The notes below the pieces were generated by a model. It was not told where the DNA came from and searched no databases. It saw only the letters and a list, made by a program, of their open reading frames with translations. A stretch of 62,115 nt of DNA, counting the filler. It is 13 parts of 13 records of this genome, joined end to end, with 100 filler letters (N's around TTAATTAATTAA, not from the genome) between each part and the next. Parts side by side here need not be neighbours in the genome. Positions count along the whole stretch, not along the records: positions 42,876 to 47,154 come from SRR7504441_63900; positions 47,255 to 52,074 come from SRR7504441_63908; positions 52,175 to 58,346 come from SRR7504441_63910; 10 more parts are not named here. One strand, written 5' to 3'. Within the stretch, counting starts at the first letter, position 1. The number at the start of each line of letters is the position of its first letter. Below, one piece after another: positions 45,502-56,159 of the stretch. The translations under genes and the position numbers were made by a program.

Positions 45502-46795
45502 TCACGGCTGCGATCCGAGCTGCCATATGCAGATTGACTCGTCCCATGAGCAGTCGACCACCTGCCTCACTCTGAGCAGCGCACAGGACGGCGCTCGCCT
45601 GGCCCTCGATGAAGATATTGAAATCTAGCCCCACCACAAACTCGGTGTGGTGCTCGCAGCGCTGCACCAGCGCGTCGTCGTTCTCCGTGTCCCAGATATT
45701 CATTGACATGTCACTGCGCAGCAGTCAGCCGTGCCGGGCCCGGGCCGTCACTAGGAGCAGGACGCCAGCACCGCCTCCTGGTGCGGCGAGAACTTGACCC
45801 GGCGGACCGCGTACTCGTGCCCGCGCAGAGTCATCACCTCGCTCTCTGGTGACCGAAGGTCCTGACGAGGCTCTCAGCAGGCACAGGACGGCCTCGGCTT
45901 ACCCAGATCTTGAGGGTCTTATCCACGGAGCCAGAGACCAGCACGTGCTCGTTGTACTTGTTCCAGTCGCACGCCAGGATCTCGTAGCTGTGCGCATTGA
46001 TCGTCTGGACCGATCCGGGCTCTGCCAGGCATCGGCCAGGCCCGCCACACCGCAGGCACCGTTAATGTCCCAGACTTTAATCGTATAATCGCCGGATGCT
46101 GAGGCGAACACGCTCTCGTTGTTAGGCGACCAGACTGTCGAGTAGATGCAGTACTGATGCTCGCTGGCAGCCAGGCTCAGCCCCAGGCCAGCAGAGCGCA
46201 CGCCTGTAAGTCGTGAGTGACGCATCAGCCAGCACACTCCACAGCTTGATGGTATCGTCCCACGCGCCCGTCACGAAATACTCCTGCGTGCACCGGTGGG
46301 CCGCGGCCGAGTGGCCGGGCGGCTCACCTTGTTGACCAGGTTCCAGTCCACTGAGTAAACCTCGTGCGTGTGCTCCTCGTAGCTTTTCATCGGGTAGGCC
46401 GAGCCAGCCGCCACGTCCCACAGTTTGACCGAGCCGTCACCAGAGGCCGACACGCTGCCCCAGCTCAGCCGGCCGTCCCCCGAGCCAGCCACATGTGGTT
46501 CTCGTTCTCCTCGCTCCAGGCGCAGTCGTACAGCCCGTCTTGTGTGTCGAACGATGCCTCCATCCGCACCGCACCGCCCATCGTGTCCAGGACATACCTG
46601 GCCTGCATCGCCCGGTGCCGCTGCCGGCCGGCGCACTGTTTGCCGTTGCCGATGATGCCAAAGTGTTGGGCGCCGGCGCAGGCCAGTCGGGTCTCGCTAA
46701 ACGGACTGAACTCGACCTGCCCGGCCCCGGTCAGCCCGACCGGCCCGGGCGTGCACCGAGTAGCCGCAGATCCCCTCGGTCTGGTACCTGACCAT
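45502..46795 (-). CDS. PEX7: Peroxisomal PTS2 receptor PEX7 (WD40), 9 introns, 312 aa
   Basis: Removing 9 introns (40, 39, 38, 44, 40, 38, 41, 38, 37 nt; 355 total) from 1294 nt leaves 939 nt (313 codons): GYSVEFSPF…[15 protein letters not shown]…[11 protein letters not shown]…CDWNKYN…[14 protein letters not shown]…SYDM…[12 protein letters not shown]. Confidence 0.95.
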
Positions 46796-47501
46796 CCCGC
46801 GCCCTCCTCAGCCGCCCTCGGCTGCGCTGCGCGTTCGGGCTGGCACGCGCTGGACTCACGACTGAACAGCGTTGTTGTTGTTGTTGCCGTTGACTTGCAT
46901 CGCGCATGGCGCGCTGCCTCCCCGCCGGCCGTACCTGTCCGCCAGCATTAACGTGTTCACCTCCGAGATCACCTATGCGATCAAGCCCGGCAGCAACGGC
47001 GACTCGCGGCACCACGACGTCAAGCTCGCCCTGTGCCTCCACCTGGCGCGCTTGAGCAACGCCGCACAGCAGTGCCGACGGCCTGCCCCGCGGCTTGGGC
47101 CCGTGGGCCTCCCTTGATGCTTGGAGCATCGCCACTTGGTTGGCCATGTCGGCCNNNNNNNNNNNNNNNNNNNNNNNNNNNNNNNNNNNNNNNNNNNNTT
47201 AATTAATTAANNNNNNNNNNNNNNNNNNNNNNNNNNNNNNNNNNNNNNNNNNNNCTGCTATTGACGCGCTGGCGCAGCCTGTTGATGAGCCAGCGATCAT
47301 GATCACAAACGTAAAGAGGTGCCTGTTGATGAGCACAACAAAGACAGGCTTGGAAACGTGGGGCCTCAGCGCCCCTCAGCGAGTACGGCAAAGGGTGGTG
47401 TGGCTGGCGCGGAGAGATGGACTGCTGCAGCGGGACTCGGGAGCGAAAGCTGGACCCGCTCGACCTGCAGCCGGTCGTGCTCGGGCTGCCAGCCGACGAG
47501 G

Positions 47502-48569
47502 ATGAGTGGTGCCCGCCCCGATTACGCAGCGCTCACGGCGGGGCTCAGGCAGCTGGCCGACCAGCAGGCGTTCGAGGCCGAGCTGGCTGCGGCCACCCGG
47601 GCCAGCCTCGAGGCCGAGCGGGAGCAGGAGCGCCAGTTCGAGCAAGCCTTGGCCGAGGCGCGCGAGGAGAGCGAGGCCTTGTCCCAGCTGCGCGAGCGAG
47701 ACCAGGAGCGGCTGAACCACCGGCTGCGCGAGGTCGGGCTCACGGAGCGACCGGTCCCCCGGGACGGCAACTGCCAGTTCCACGCGATCGCTGATGGGCT
47801 GGAACTGAGTCACAGCCAGCTGCGCGCCCGGCTGGTCGATTGGCTCGACGGCCAGTCCGGGTTTCTTCTCAACCCGGACGACCCCGAGACCGCGCTGAAT
47901 AACTACCTGGATATAGACCCCGACTGGTCGAGCTTCTGCCAGCGGATGCGCCGGCTCGGGCAGTACGGAGACCACATGACTCTGATCGCGGCTGCCGAGT
48001 GCACGGGCTCGTGCATCGTGGTGATCACTGCGCAAGAGGACGGCGTCAACTATCATGTGGCGCCGCGGTCGGTCACGCCGGCCCGGACTGTATACATGGT
48101 GCACTACCCGATGCAGATGCACTTCAACCTCGCGGTCGAGACCGAGCAAGCCGAGGCGTCGGCGTCAGTTGCGGCGGCCAGCATCGACCTCTCGCAGTAC
48201 TTGGTGGCCTCTTTCGTGTTTGTGCTGGTGCATCCCGGCGAGGAGCGGCGGGCCATCTCGACATTCCACCCAGTCACCGGCAAGCTGAGCATCGGGCTCG
48301 AAGACCTGCGCTGCTGGGTCATCATGGTCTCAGGACTCGATCTCGAAAGCAAAGTATCGCTCTGCTGGCGCGATGAGGAAAACGACTGGATTTCGATGGA
48401 CACCGAGCCGGAGCTGCTGGCCGCAGTCGAATCGACGGCTGCCCGTGGCGGCAAGTCACTGCATGTTCGCGGCACGCAGTTTGGGATGAGCAGTTACTCG
48501 GACCAGCCGGACAATTTGGAGATGATCGGGTCGAACCCGGCACTAGAATCAGCGTGGGTGGTGTTATAG
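47502..48569 (+). CDS. OTU-family deubiquitinase with N-terminal UIM-like helices, a PB1 domain and a C-terminal WVVL motif; intronless
   Basis: DGNCQFHAI (catalytic Cys), YGDHMTL, HFN (catalytic His); acidic PB1 OPCA-like WRDEENDWISMDTEPEL; FEAELAAATRASL UIM-like segment. Confidence 0.85.
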   Translation: MSGARPDYAALTAGLRQLADQQAFEAELAAATRASLEAEREQERQFEQALAEAREESEALSQLRERDQERLNHRLREVGLTERPVPRDGNCQFHAIADGLELSHSQLRARLVDWLDGQSGFLLNPDDPETALNNYLDIDPDWSSFCQRMRRLGQYGDHMTLIAAAECTGSCIVVITAQEDGVNYHVAPRSVTPARTVYMVHYPMQMHFNLAVETEQAEASASVAAASIDLSQYLVASFVFVLVHPGEERRAISTFHPVTGKLSIGLEDLRCWVIMVSGLDLESKVSLCWRDEENDWISMDTEPELLAAVESTAARGGKSLHVRGTQFGMSSYSDQPDNLEMIGSNPALESAWVVL

Positions 48570-48649
48570 ATTTTCTGTCGAATAGGAGAAGAGATGTTAC
48601 GCGTATTAGATTTTCTCTATTCGGCACTTATGATATTGATGCCTCGCGT

Positions 48650-50097
48650 AGTTAGATTTGATCCGAACGAGACGACTTGGGCCAGCCTAGGCACGACCCA
48701 CACGAAGCGGTACATCGTCCCTGCGGCATCGAGCCCAATCAGGCTATATAATTCGGGTCAGGTCGACCAGGGTGGATATCGCCTGGCCACCTCTTGCTTT
48801 GCATGCTCCAGGCTACGTCGTTACTTCTGGAATTATGCCTCTTTCTGAGGGCATATGACACACAACATCGAAGAACGTTAATTAACGCTTCTTCAGAATG
48901 AGCCTTGAGGCGTTTGTCGGCAGCACACGTCTCAAAATCACTTTGATCGACATCGAGCGTCTCAAGCTGCGGTCATGTCGAACTCATGGGGCAGAGCACA
49001 GGGCTCCGCCAACGTGCAGGCCTCGACAAGAGTATCGAAGCGGGAAAACTTTGCGGCCAGTTCTGGCTCCTCGTCCAGTGGACTCTGCGGCTCAGGCGTG
49101 CATGGCTCTCCACCGAGCTGCTCGAACTTTCTCTTCATCGCTGCCCGACATCACAGAATCACAAAGTGCTGACGGAAAGCTCAAACCTGAGACTTCGCCG
49201 TTGAGATTATCGATAGACTTGGAAAGCTGCAGGATGAGGGCCGATTCCGAGTTCTGTCAGCATCGAATCGGCTGGCAGCACAGTTCAGCCACAGCGCATG
49301 GTCACCACAACGTCGAGAATCTGATGGACCACGGGCAGGATGACCTCAGAGTTTTGAGCTGGCGGCGACTCACCAAGTCTGCCCTGCACAACCGAGATTG
49401 ATCGTTCCATGACCTCCCAGCTGTTACCACTGGCGAATGCTTCTCTTCTGGCGTAGACCGTAAGGCGAGCTCGTCCTCGCTGGGCTCCACCTCTCGCTGT
49501 GAACCCTGTAGCTCAGTGGTCAGCTGGCATGGCACGCCTCGCCTGAGCCTGCTGGAGCAGCTCTAGTTTCTGTGTATCAAAGTCGCCATCGATGCGCCCT
49601 CGCTCAGATCTGACAGGTTCGGGGCTTGCGTAGTGGAGCTGAACCCTGGGAGGAGCGCAGCCAGGTTCTGCTGTGCACCGGAGTCCAGCCTGCTGGAGCT
49701 GATCGTCCTCGCGGGCTGGAACCAGCTGGGCTGCTGGCGTCGAAGCTGGCTCCGGCTTGACCGCCGGCTGAGTAGCGCCAGGCGCGGCAGAGAAGGCTTT
49801 GTTCGCGAAAGGATTCCGAACAATCTTTTGGTTGGTTGGCGGTTGGAGAGAGCGAACCTGCGAACCCCGAGCTCGCATTGACTGAGCACGGACGCGCACC
49901 TCAAACTGGACGCTGCCACCTCGAAGCATCGCTGATCGGCGTGCTGCGGAGTTGATGATATTCCTCGGCTGAGCGGCCCCTTGCTCACGGCGCTGGTTGC
50001 CCAGGCCCCGCTGGGCGGACGGCGATAGAAACTTGGACCTGACTCGCTCCGGTTGACCCCAGCGCCCGGGAGGCCTTCCCACCAGTTGGAGTGCATG
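48650..50097 (-). CDS. Hypothetical low-complexity/coiled-coil protein with multiple short introns; boundaries approximate
   Basis: Minus-strand exons can be joined through short introns (…LILQLSKSIDNLNGEVSAMKRKFEQL…); no family recognised. Confidence 0.35.
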
Positions 50098-50330
50098 CCG
50101 CGTGGCCGAGGATCAGGTCTTAGCACAGCGTCACCACTAGCCTCGGGCCGGACACTAGCCTCGGCCGTGGTACACAGTGCGCGCTCTGGACGGCTCGGAG
50201 CAGATTCAAAGGTTTTAGTCCGTTTTACACGTAGTCGGCTGACAACATGAAGGGACGCCCCGTTGCCTGACGCTCAATTGAATCCCTAAGCTACACAATG
50301 GAATAATTATAAAAGCATTGATTTTAAATG

Positions 50331-52074
50331 TTAGATGCTATATCGAAAGCTCGGTCTTCTAGTCTGCTGCCAGGGCGACTCGTCATCGCTCACCATCATG
50401 TGATCATTGGCCACGTGCGCCGACATGCCTATTTGGCTTGCGCTTGAGGAGCGTGCTATGGCTAGCGAGCTGCCACACCACCCGCTGTAATTTGAGCTGT
50501 CGCACCAGCCTCTTGCGGTGCACACCCTGCTACAGGTGCGAACCCGAACCAGCCACAGCCCGAGCGCGCAGCAAACGACCAGTCCGACTAGCAGCAGCAC
50601 TGTAGTCGTAGACCAGAGCCTGCTGCTTGCAAACCACACAGTGTCCCTTATCAGCAACCCCAACCTGGTCAGCGCCGATTCGTCCTGCAGTCGATACAGC
50701 CGCGGGGCCGTGCCCACCATAGAGTCTAGCGCCTTCACCCGCGACATGCTGTCGCCTCCACACTCATCACCAGGCCAGCGCCGCCGGGTGAGCAGCTGGA
50801 ACGTCGTGCCAAGCACCACGCACTCCTGTTTCTCCGGCTCCCACAGCACAAAGCCGGCTTGCTGCCGACTGTGCTCACTCCTGAATTGACTCACGAGCGC
50901 CGCCCCGCGCTTGAGCTGGTCCCCTGCCCCTGGCACTCAGCCCCGAGCACCGGGCTAGCCCACCTGCGTCGATGAGCAGACCGTTGGCCTGGGCGAGCGT
51001 GATGAAGTCGACCACCTTCCAGACCAGGTCCTGGTTCCAGACCAAGTCGTACCCGACCGGCAGCTGCTCGTACGACGAGAAGTTGTCGTGCCTAGACTTG
51101 AGCAGGCTGGCCGCACCCAGCCGCTCCCGCGCGGTCTGGGCGAGCCAGGGCGGGCTTTGGGCTATCATTAACTGGGAGCCTCCGGGGAGCAGCTGGGCGC
51201 AGGTGAGCATGATTTGAGTCTCCTGCCGGATGGGGTGCTTCACCGACACTGCGACCACGGCTTGCTGTGTCGTCGCATTGTACCCATCCGTCAGCCGGTC
51301 TTGCGCCCATTCTGGCAACAGTTTAACAAGCCGCCGTGTCGGCTGGAAGAGCAGTGTGCTGAGCACCCCGAACATGTTGATCTCGGCGGTGGTAACTGGG
51401 TTGTGTTGAATCATCCCCAGCCTGTCGTTCAGCCACGGGTGTGCCAGCATAGAATCAAAGAACCGGCACTCTGTGTTCAGCTGGATGATAGTATCCGGGC
51501 CGGCCCTCTCAAGCAAGCCGAGCTGGACCCGGAAGGCGGTGCCCTGCTGGCTGCAGTCGCACCCATGCTCCGGCCCCAGCCGAAGCTTATCCTGTGCGGT
51601 CGACAGCCGAGTGCCTTCTAGAAAGATTTCTTGGTGAGTATCTGGATCCACCGGCAAATCATGCTCGGTCGGCCGGCCGATCGGGCCCTCGACCAGCTCC
51701 AGCCCGCCCCGCCCGAAGTTCCCGCGCGGCTTGAACAGAGCCGACAGGTCTATCCCGTGCCCGTTGTGCCCCCAGAGCACCGCAGCATACTTGCGGCAGA
51801 GCAGCAGGGAGAGTAGCCAGCTGCTCAGCACGCCCTCCAGCTGATCGGCCAGCGGGGCCCGCTTGTTGGAGTAGACCATCCACCCGGCCAGCCGCTTCTC
51901 GACCCCCTCGGCGCCGGGCTTGCACACAGCCTCTTCCTCAATCTCTTCAGTCACTCGACTCAAAACATTGAGCAGCCGCCGCTCGAGCTCGACCACGCTG
52001 GCCGCCTCCGCCTGGTCGCGCGCCCACTTCTCGGTCGGGGCGAGCAGCCCGAGGCCGCCCGCTCTGCCTGAGGT
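50331..52074 (-). CDS. Putative GT-B fucosyltransferase-like protein with a C-terminal TM; 5' truncated
   Basis: APLADQLEGVLSSWLLSLLLCRKY resembles the GLGDRL..I.S..LLA...R motif; VVDFITLAQAN resembles the D..LL motif. Both are degenerate. Confidence 0.4.
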
Positions 52075-52403
52075 NNNNNNNNNNNNNNNNNNNNNNNNNN
52101 NNNNNNNNNNNNNNNNNNTTAATTAATTAANNNNNNNNNNNNNNNNNNNNNNNNNNNNNNNNNNNNNNNNNNNNGGTACCTTTGGTACTATCGCGCATAG
52201 GTTTTAAGGGCCCAAAGGACCTCCGCTGAATATGTGTAGTAGATCTATCTAGACTCTAGATCTACTTACTACGTACAAAGTACGTACAAAGGCGGCCGTA
52301 CTTGAATACGCGTCGGAGCGGACAAGGCCCAGATCAACCAACCGCGTAGGATGACTGCAACGACCTCAAGCTAACCGCGGAACCGGCCACGCGCACGGCG
52401 GTC

Positions 52404-55400
52404 ATGAGCGGCAAGTCCAAGTTGGTGCTGTGGTGTAAGCATGACCCGAACCAGTTCGTATACGCCACCCCGAAGAAGCTGGAGCTGTTCGAGGTCCGGG
52501 CTCAACAGCCCGCAGCCGCCCCGCCGGAATCGACCGACCCCGGTCTGTTGCAGCTGGCCGGCGGGTCTGACCGCGGGCGGCCAGCCATCTGCGGCGATTT
52601 GGAGGGAGGCACGACCGAGTACAACAGGCTGCGCTGTAACTTCGAGCTCCACCAGACCCGGGTACTGCTGCCGGGCTGCGCCGGCCGAACGGGGGCAGTG
52701 CCTCGAGATATCGCCTGACCCGGCCCAACCGCTGCTGATCGCGGCCGGACTGGGCACCGGGGCACTGGCGCTGGCTAACTTTGCCTCGAACGGCAAGGTG
52801 GTCCGGGAGTTTGTTCCAAAAACCGTCCGCGCGTGCAACGCGCTCGCGTGGAGGTGCGGCCGTGGCCTGGGCGGGCTGACTGGCGTGGCAGCCCTGCACA
52901 GACCGAGCTGATCGCGGTCGGGCTCAACAAGGAGCGGCAGGACTTCTCGACGCTCGTGTGGGACATTAATGTGTCTGCGGCTGAGGCGGGCAGCCAGCCC
53001 AATGCAGCAGCTGTGGCCAGGCGGAGTGAGAGCGTGTCCGCTGCCCCACGGCACGCTCTGGGCAACTCAGAGGGATGCTCGTCCGTGAGCTGGCTGCCGG
53101 AGTCGCCCGGGCATGTGCTGATGGTCGGCACCACGTATAAGTGGATCCGAGTATATGACATAAGGACGGCCAACCCCGCGCCGGCGCGTGCAGTGATCGC
53201 TCACACCAAGAAGGCACGAGAGCCAGCCGGACCGGCTCAGCCCGGGCAGGTGTGCGGGATGGAATTCGACCCGCTAGACAACCACCGGTTTGCCACCTTC
53301 TCGGAGGACGGACTGGTCAAGATTTGGGACATGCGAGTGCTCCATTCGAAAGCGTCGCCGAGCTCTACTGTGAACCTGACCCCAAACAGAATCGTGCAAG
53401 TCAGGTGCCAGCCACTGCAGGCCTGCGCTGCTCTGAGCCGCGGCAGCTGGTGCCCGACTCGAGCCGGGCTGCTCACTACACTGTGCGAGGGGGCGTCCAC
53501 AATCGTGATGTGGAACGTGGCTTCCTCCGAGACGGCACAACCGCAGTCCGATCCGGAGGTGCGCAGCCGTTGGCGGTGCCTCAGAAGTGGTGGCAGGGCG
53601 TATTGGGGTGTGAGCCGTGGCAAGAGCACACCAGGGTAGCTCATGCCAAAGCGCGCCGGCTGAAGCAGCTGTGTGCAGGTGTCTGGAGAGCCCTACGTCT
53701 CTTTTGACTGGCATCCCACCATGGAGAATCGGATGATGACTTTGACCGCATCCGATCAGCTGCAAGATATTGTGCTACGCCGACCTATGGCTCTTGCGTG
53801 GGCCGCCGATGGCACGCTTGCCTACTCGTGTGAGCGATCGCTGCACTACCAACCATCCACACCAGCCGCCGATATTGTGGCACGGATGCGGCAGTACGCG
53901 GTAGCAGCTCGCTTGGCGGCCGGGAAATGAATGCTTGGAGTGCAGATGCTAGGATATGGTATGGAGACTGACCGGAATCTCGAAATCGTGAGGTAGCTGA
54001 CTCACTCACTCATGTGAAATGTGAGCTGTGTGCTCCCAGGGGCAACATGGAGCTGACTTGTGCCTGGGAATGGATAGCTAGAATTCAGCAGTATCAGACT
54101 CAGGGTAGCCCACACGCGATTGTCTGCCAAATCATTGCACAATGGCAGGCTGCACAGCGGTTTGGGATGGCATTTTAGCCACTATTAGCGATGCCAAAGA
54201 GCAGAGCAGCGCAGTCTCTGGGTCTCGAGTTTGGCAGTCTTCTGCCAGGGACCAGGCGCTCCGGCTTTGTGGCTCCCAGTATACTGAAAGCGAGGTCTGT
54301 ACCTCTGAACACCAGTGGCTTAGTGCCTGGCGGGGTGACAGCTGCTTAAGCGATGGATTGATCACTTACTTGCCAAAGCACTGCCAGAGCGTGCCGCGAT
54401 GGTGGCTCTCTTTCATATAGACATCAGCGCGGCTGTGGCGTGCTTACAGCAGGTGGGAATGGACTTATTTAGTAACTTGCATTACGAATGTCTCTGACAG
54501 GATCCTTCTAGCAGCGGAAAAGACCTTGGTGTGGTTGCAATGGCTCTGGCTGGATATAACCCGGTACGCAATTGTTGCGTGCACAAGCTAGCTACTTGCC
54601 TACTCGCCTAGTCAGAGAGCGCCGTGGGCCACTGATGCCATTCTGGTGTGGTGTAGGAATGCAAACTTTGGCTACAGACATGTTCTCAATTGGCCAAAGC
54701 CCTGGAGCATCCCTGTCTGCGCGTCATGTTCTCGTTCCTAATTGACGACAAGCCACCCTACCCTCAGGTGAGATTAATTAAGCCTCCAATGCTGGCCAGC
54801 CGGCTTTGTGTGCCTAATCAAACCGTCTGAGATGGCCTTATCAGGTGCTTGATGAGCATCAGCTGCTACTGGAAGATCGGATTGCCTTTGCGTGCCGCTT
54901 TGTGCCCGATGACCAACTGACTGCGTTTCTCTCCACGCTCTCTGAGTCACTCAGCGCAAAAGGCGACCTCAGAGGGCTTCAGCTCACTGGAATGGTTGCT
55001 GAAGGCCAAGGCATGCAGTTGCTGCAGCAATACGTAGACAGAACCTGTGACATCCAGACCGCAGCACTCCTCAGTGCCCGGACGGCGCCTACCGATGCTT
55101 CGCATCAGAGGTGGATGGAACTATACCGCGATCTGCTGGACCAGTGGCGGCTATGGAATCGCCGGGCCAAATTGGATATTGCAGTAGCAAAGCTCAGTGC
55201 CATTAAACAGGTGACTTGCACTGAGCCAGGACCTATAAATGCGCTGGACCGCCAGGCGCCACCAGAAATATTTGCAGTGTGCTTTTACTGCCAAACTCCG
55301 TTGACTCGAAAGGTGCTTGGACCGGTGAGCGATCCCGCGTAAGTCTGTAATGCAAACCGTGATGCTTGTCCTGCAGATGGGAGGCTCTGGGTTCAGAGGA

Positions 55401-55741
55401 AACAATGCTGGCCAATGCATCAGATTGATGTGAGTGCCTCCTGCAGGGGAATCCACGTTTCTCATGACTGTGTTGACAGGTGTTGCCCGAAATGTGCCAA
55501 GCCGTTGCCCAAATGCGCCGTGTGCTGCCTGCCCTTGGTGTATGAAGGCCTGCCCGCAATGGCAAGTCCAAATACCAATGCATCACCAAACCAAGCCTCT
55601 CTCACATGGTGTCAGAAGTGTAAGCATGGTGGCCACTCTGAACATTTGCACGAATGGTTTCAGCGGCATGATGAGTGCCCTGTGGCTAGATGCACATGTA
55701 AGTGCAAACTTCTGGACCAAGCAGTTCTAACTCAGAGATAG
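52404..55741 (+). CDS. MIOS: GATOR2 complex subunit MIOS/SEA4 (WD40 + solenoid + zinc finger/RING), many introns
   Basis: RACNALAW, IAVGLNKERQDFSTLVWDI, AHTK, LEDRIAFACRF, LLQQYVDRTCDIQTAAL, YRDLLDQWRLW..RAKLDI, CPKCAKPLPKCAVC, WCQKCKHGGH..HLHEWF..HDECPV..CTCKC. Confidence 0.95.
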
Positions 55742-56159
55742 TAAAGAGTAAGTAAAGAGTTAAGTGCTACACCTCCCCTAATAGACTGCATGATTAACAC
55801 GCTGAATAGGATCTAAAGCTGCACGATGGGACGTTGATTATGAAGAGGAAAAGCAAATTGCCCTATGGCCTAGATTATAATTGTAAAAACGGCTAGGTTG
55901 CAAAATTAATGCCCAGAACAAGCTTTTCCGATACTGATTTGACAAGAATTTTCTTCTTTCACGATTGAGAACTCTCTCGTACACATCCAAGGTCGAGCAC
56001 GAGTCTAATGTGGTCTAAATAAAATCGCCCAAAATCGCTACTACGGTCTACGGTAGCCGGGTAGCTGTTTCAACCCGACTAAAGCTCATCCGCAGTCGGA
56101 GCCAACACCTGTTGTAAAGAACACCAACACATCCACGAAGCAGGCAGTAACCGTCACTG

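Noticed and set aside
46872-47154. Possible gene upstream of PEX7
   Set aside because: Neither strand gives a convincing start, splice pattern or motif before the contig ends.
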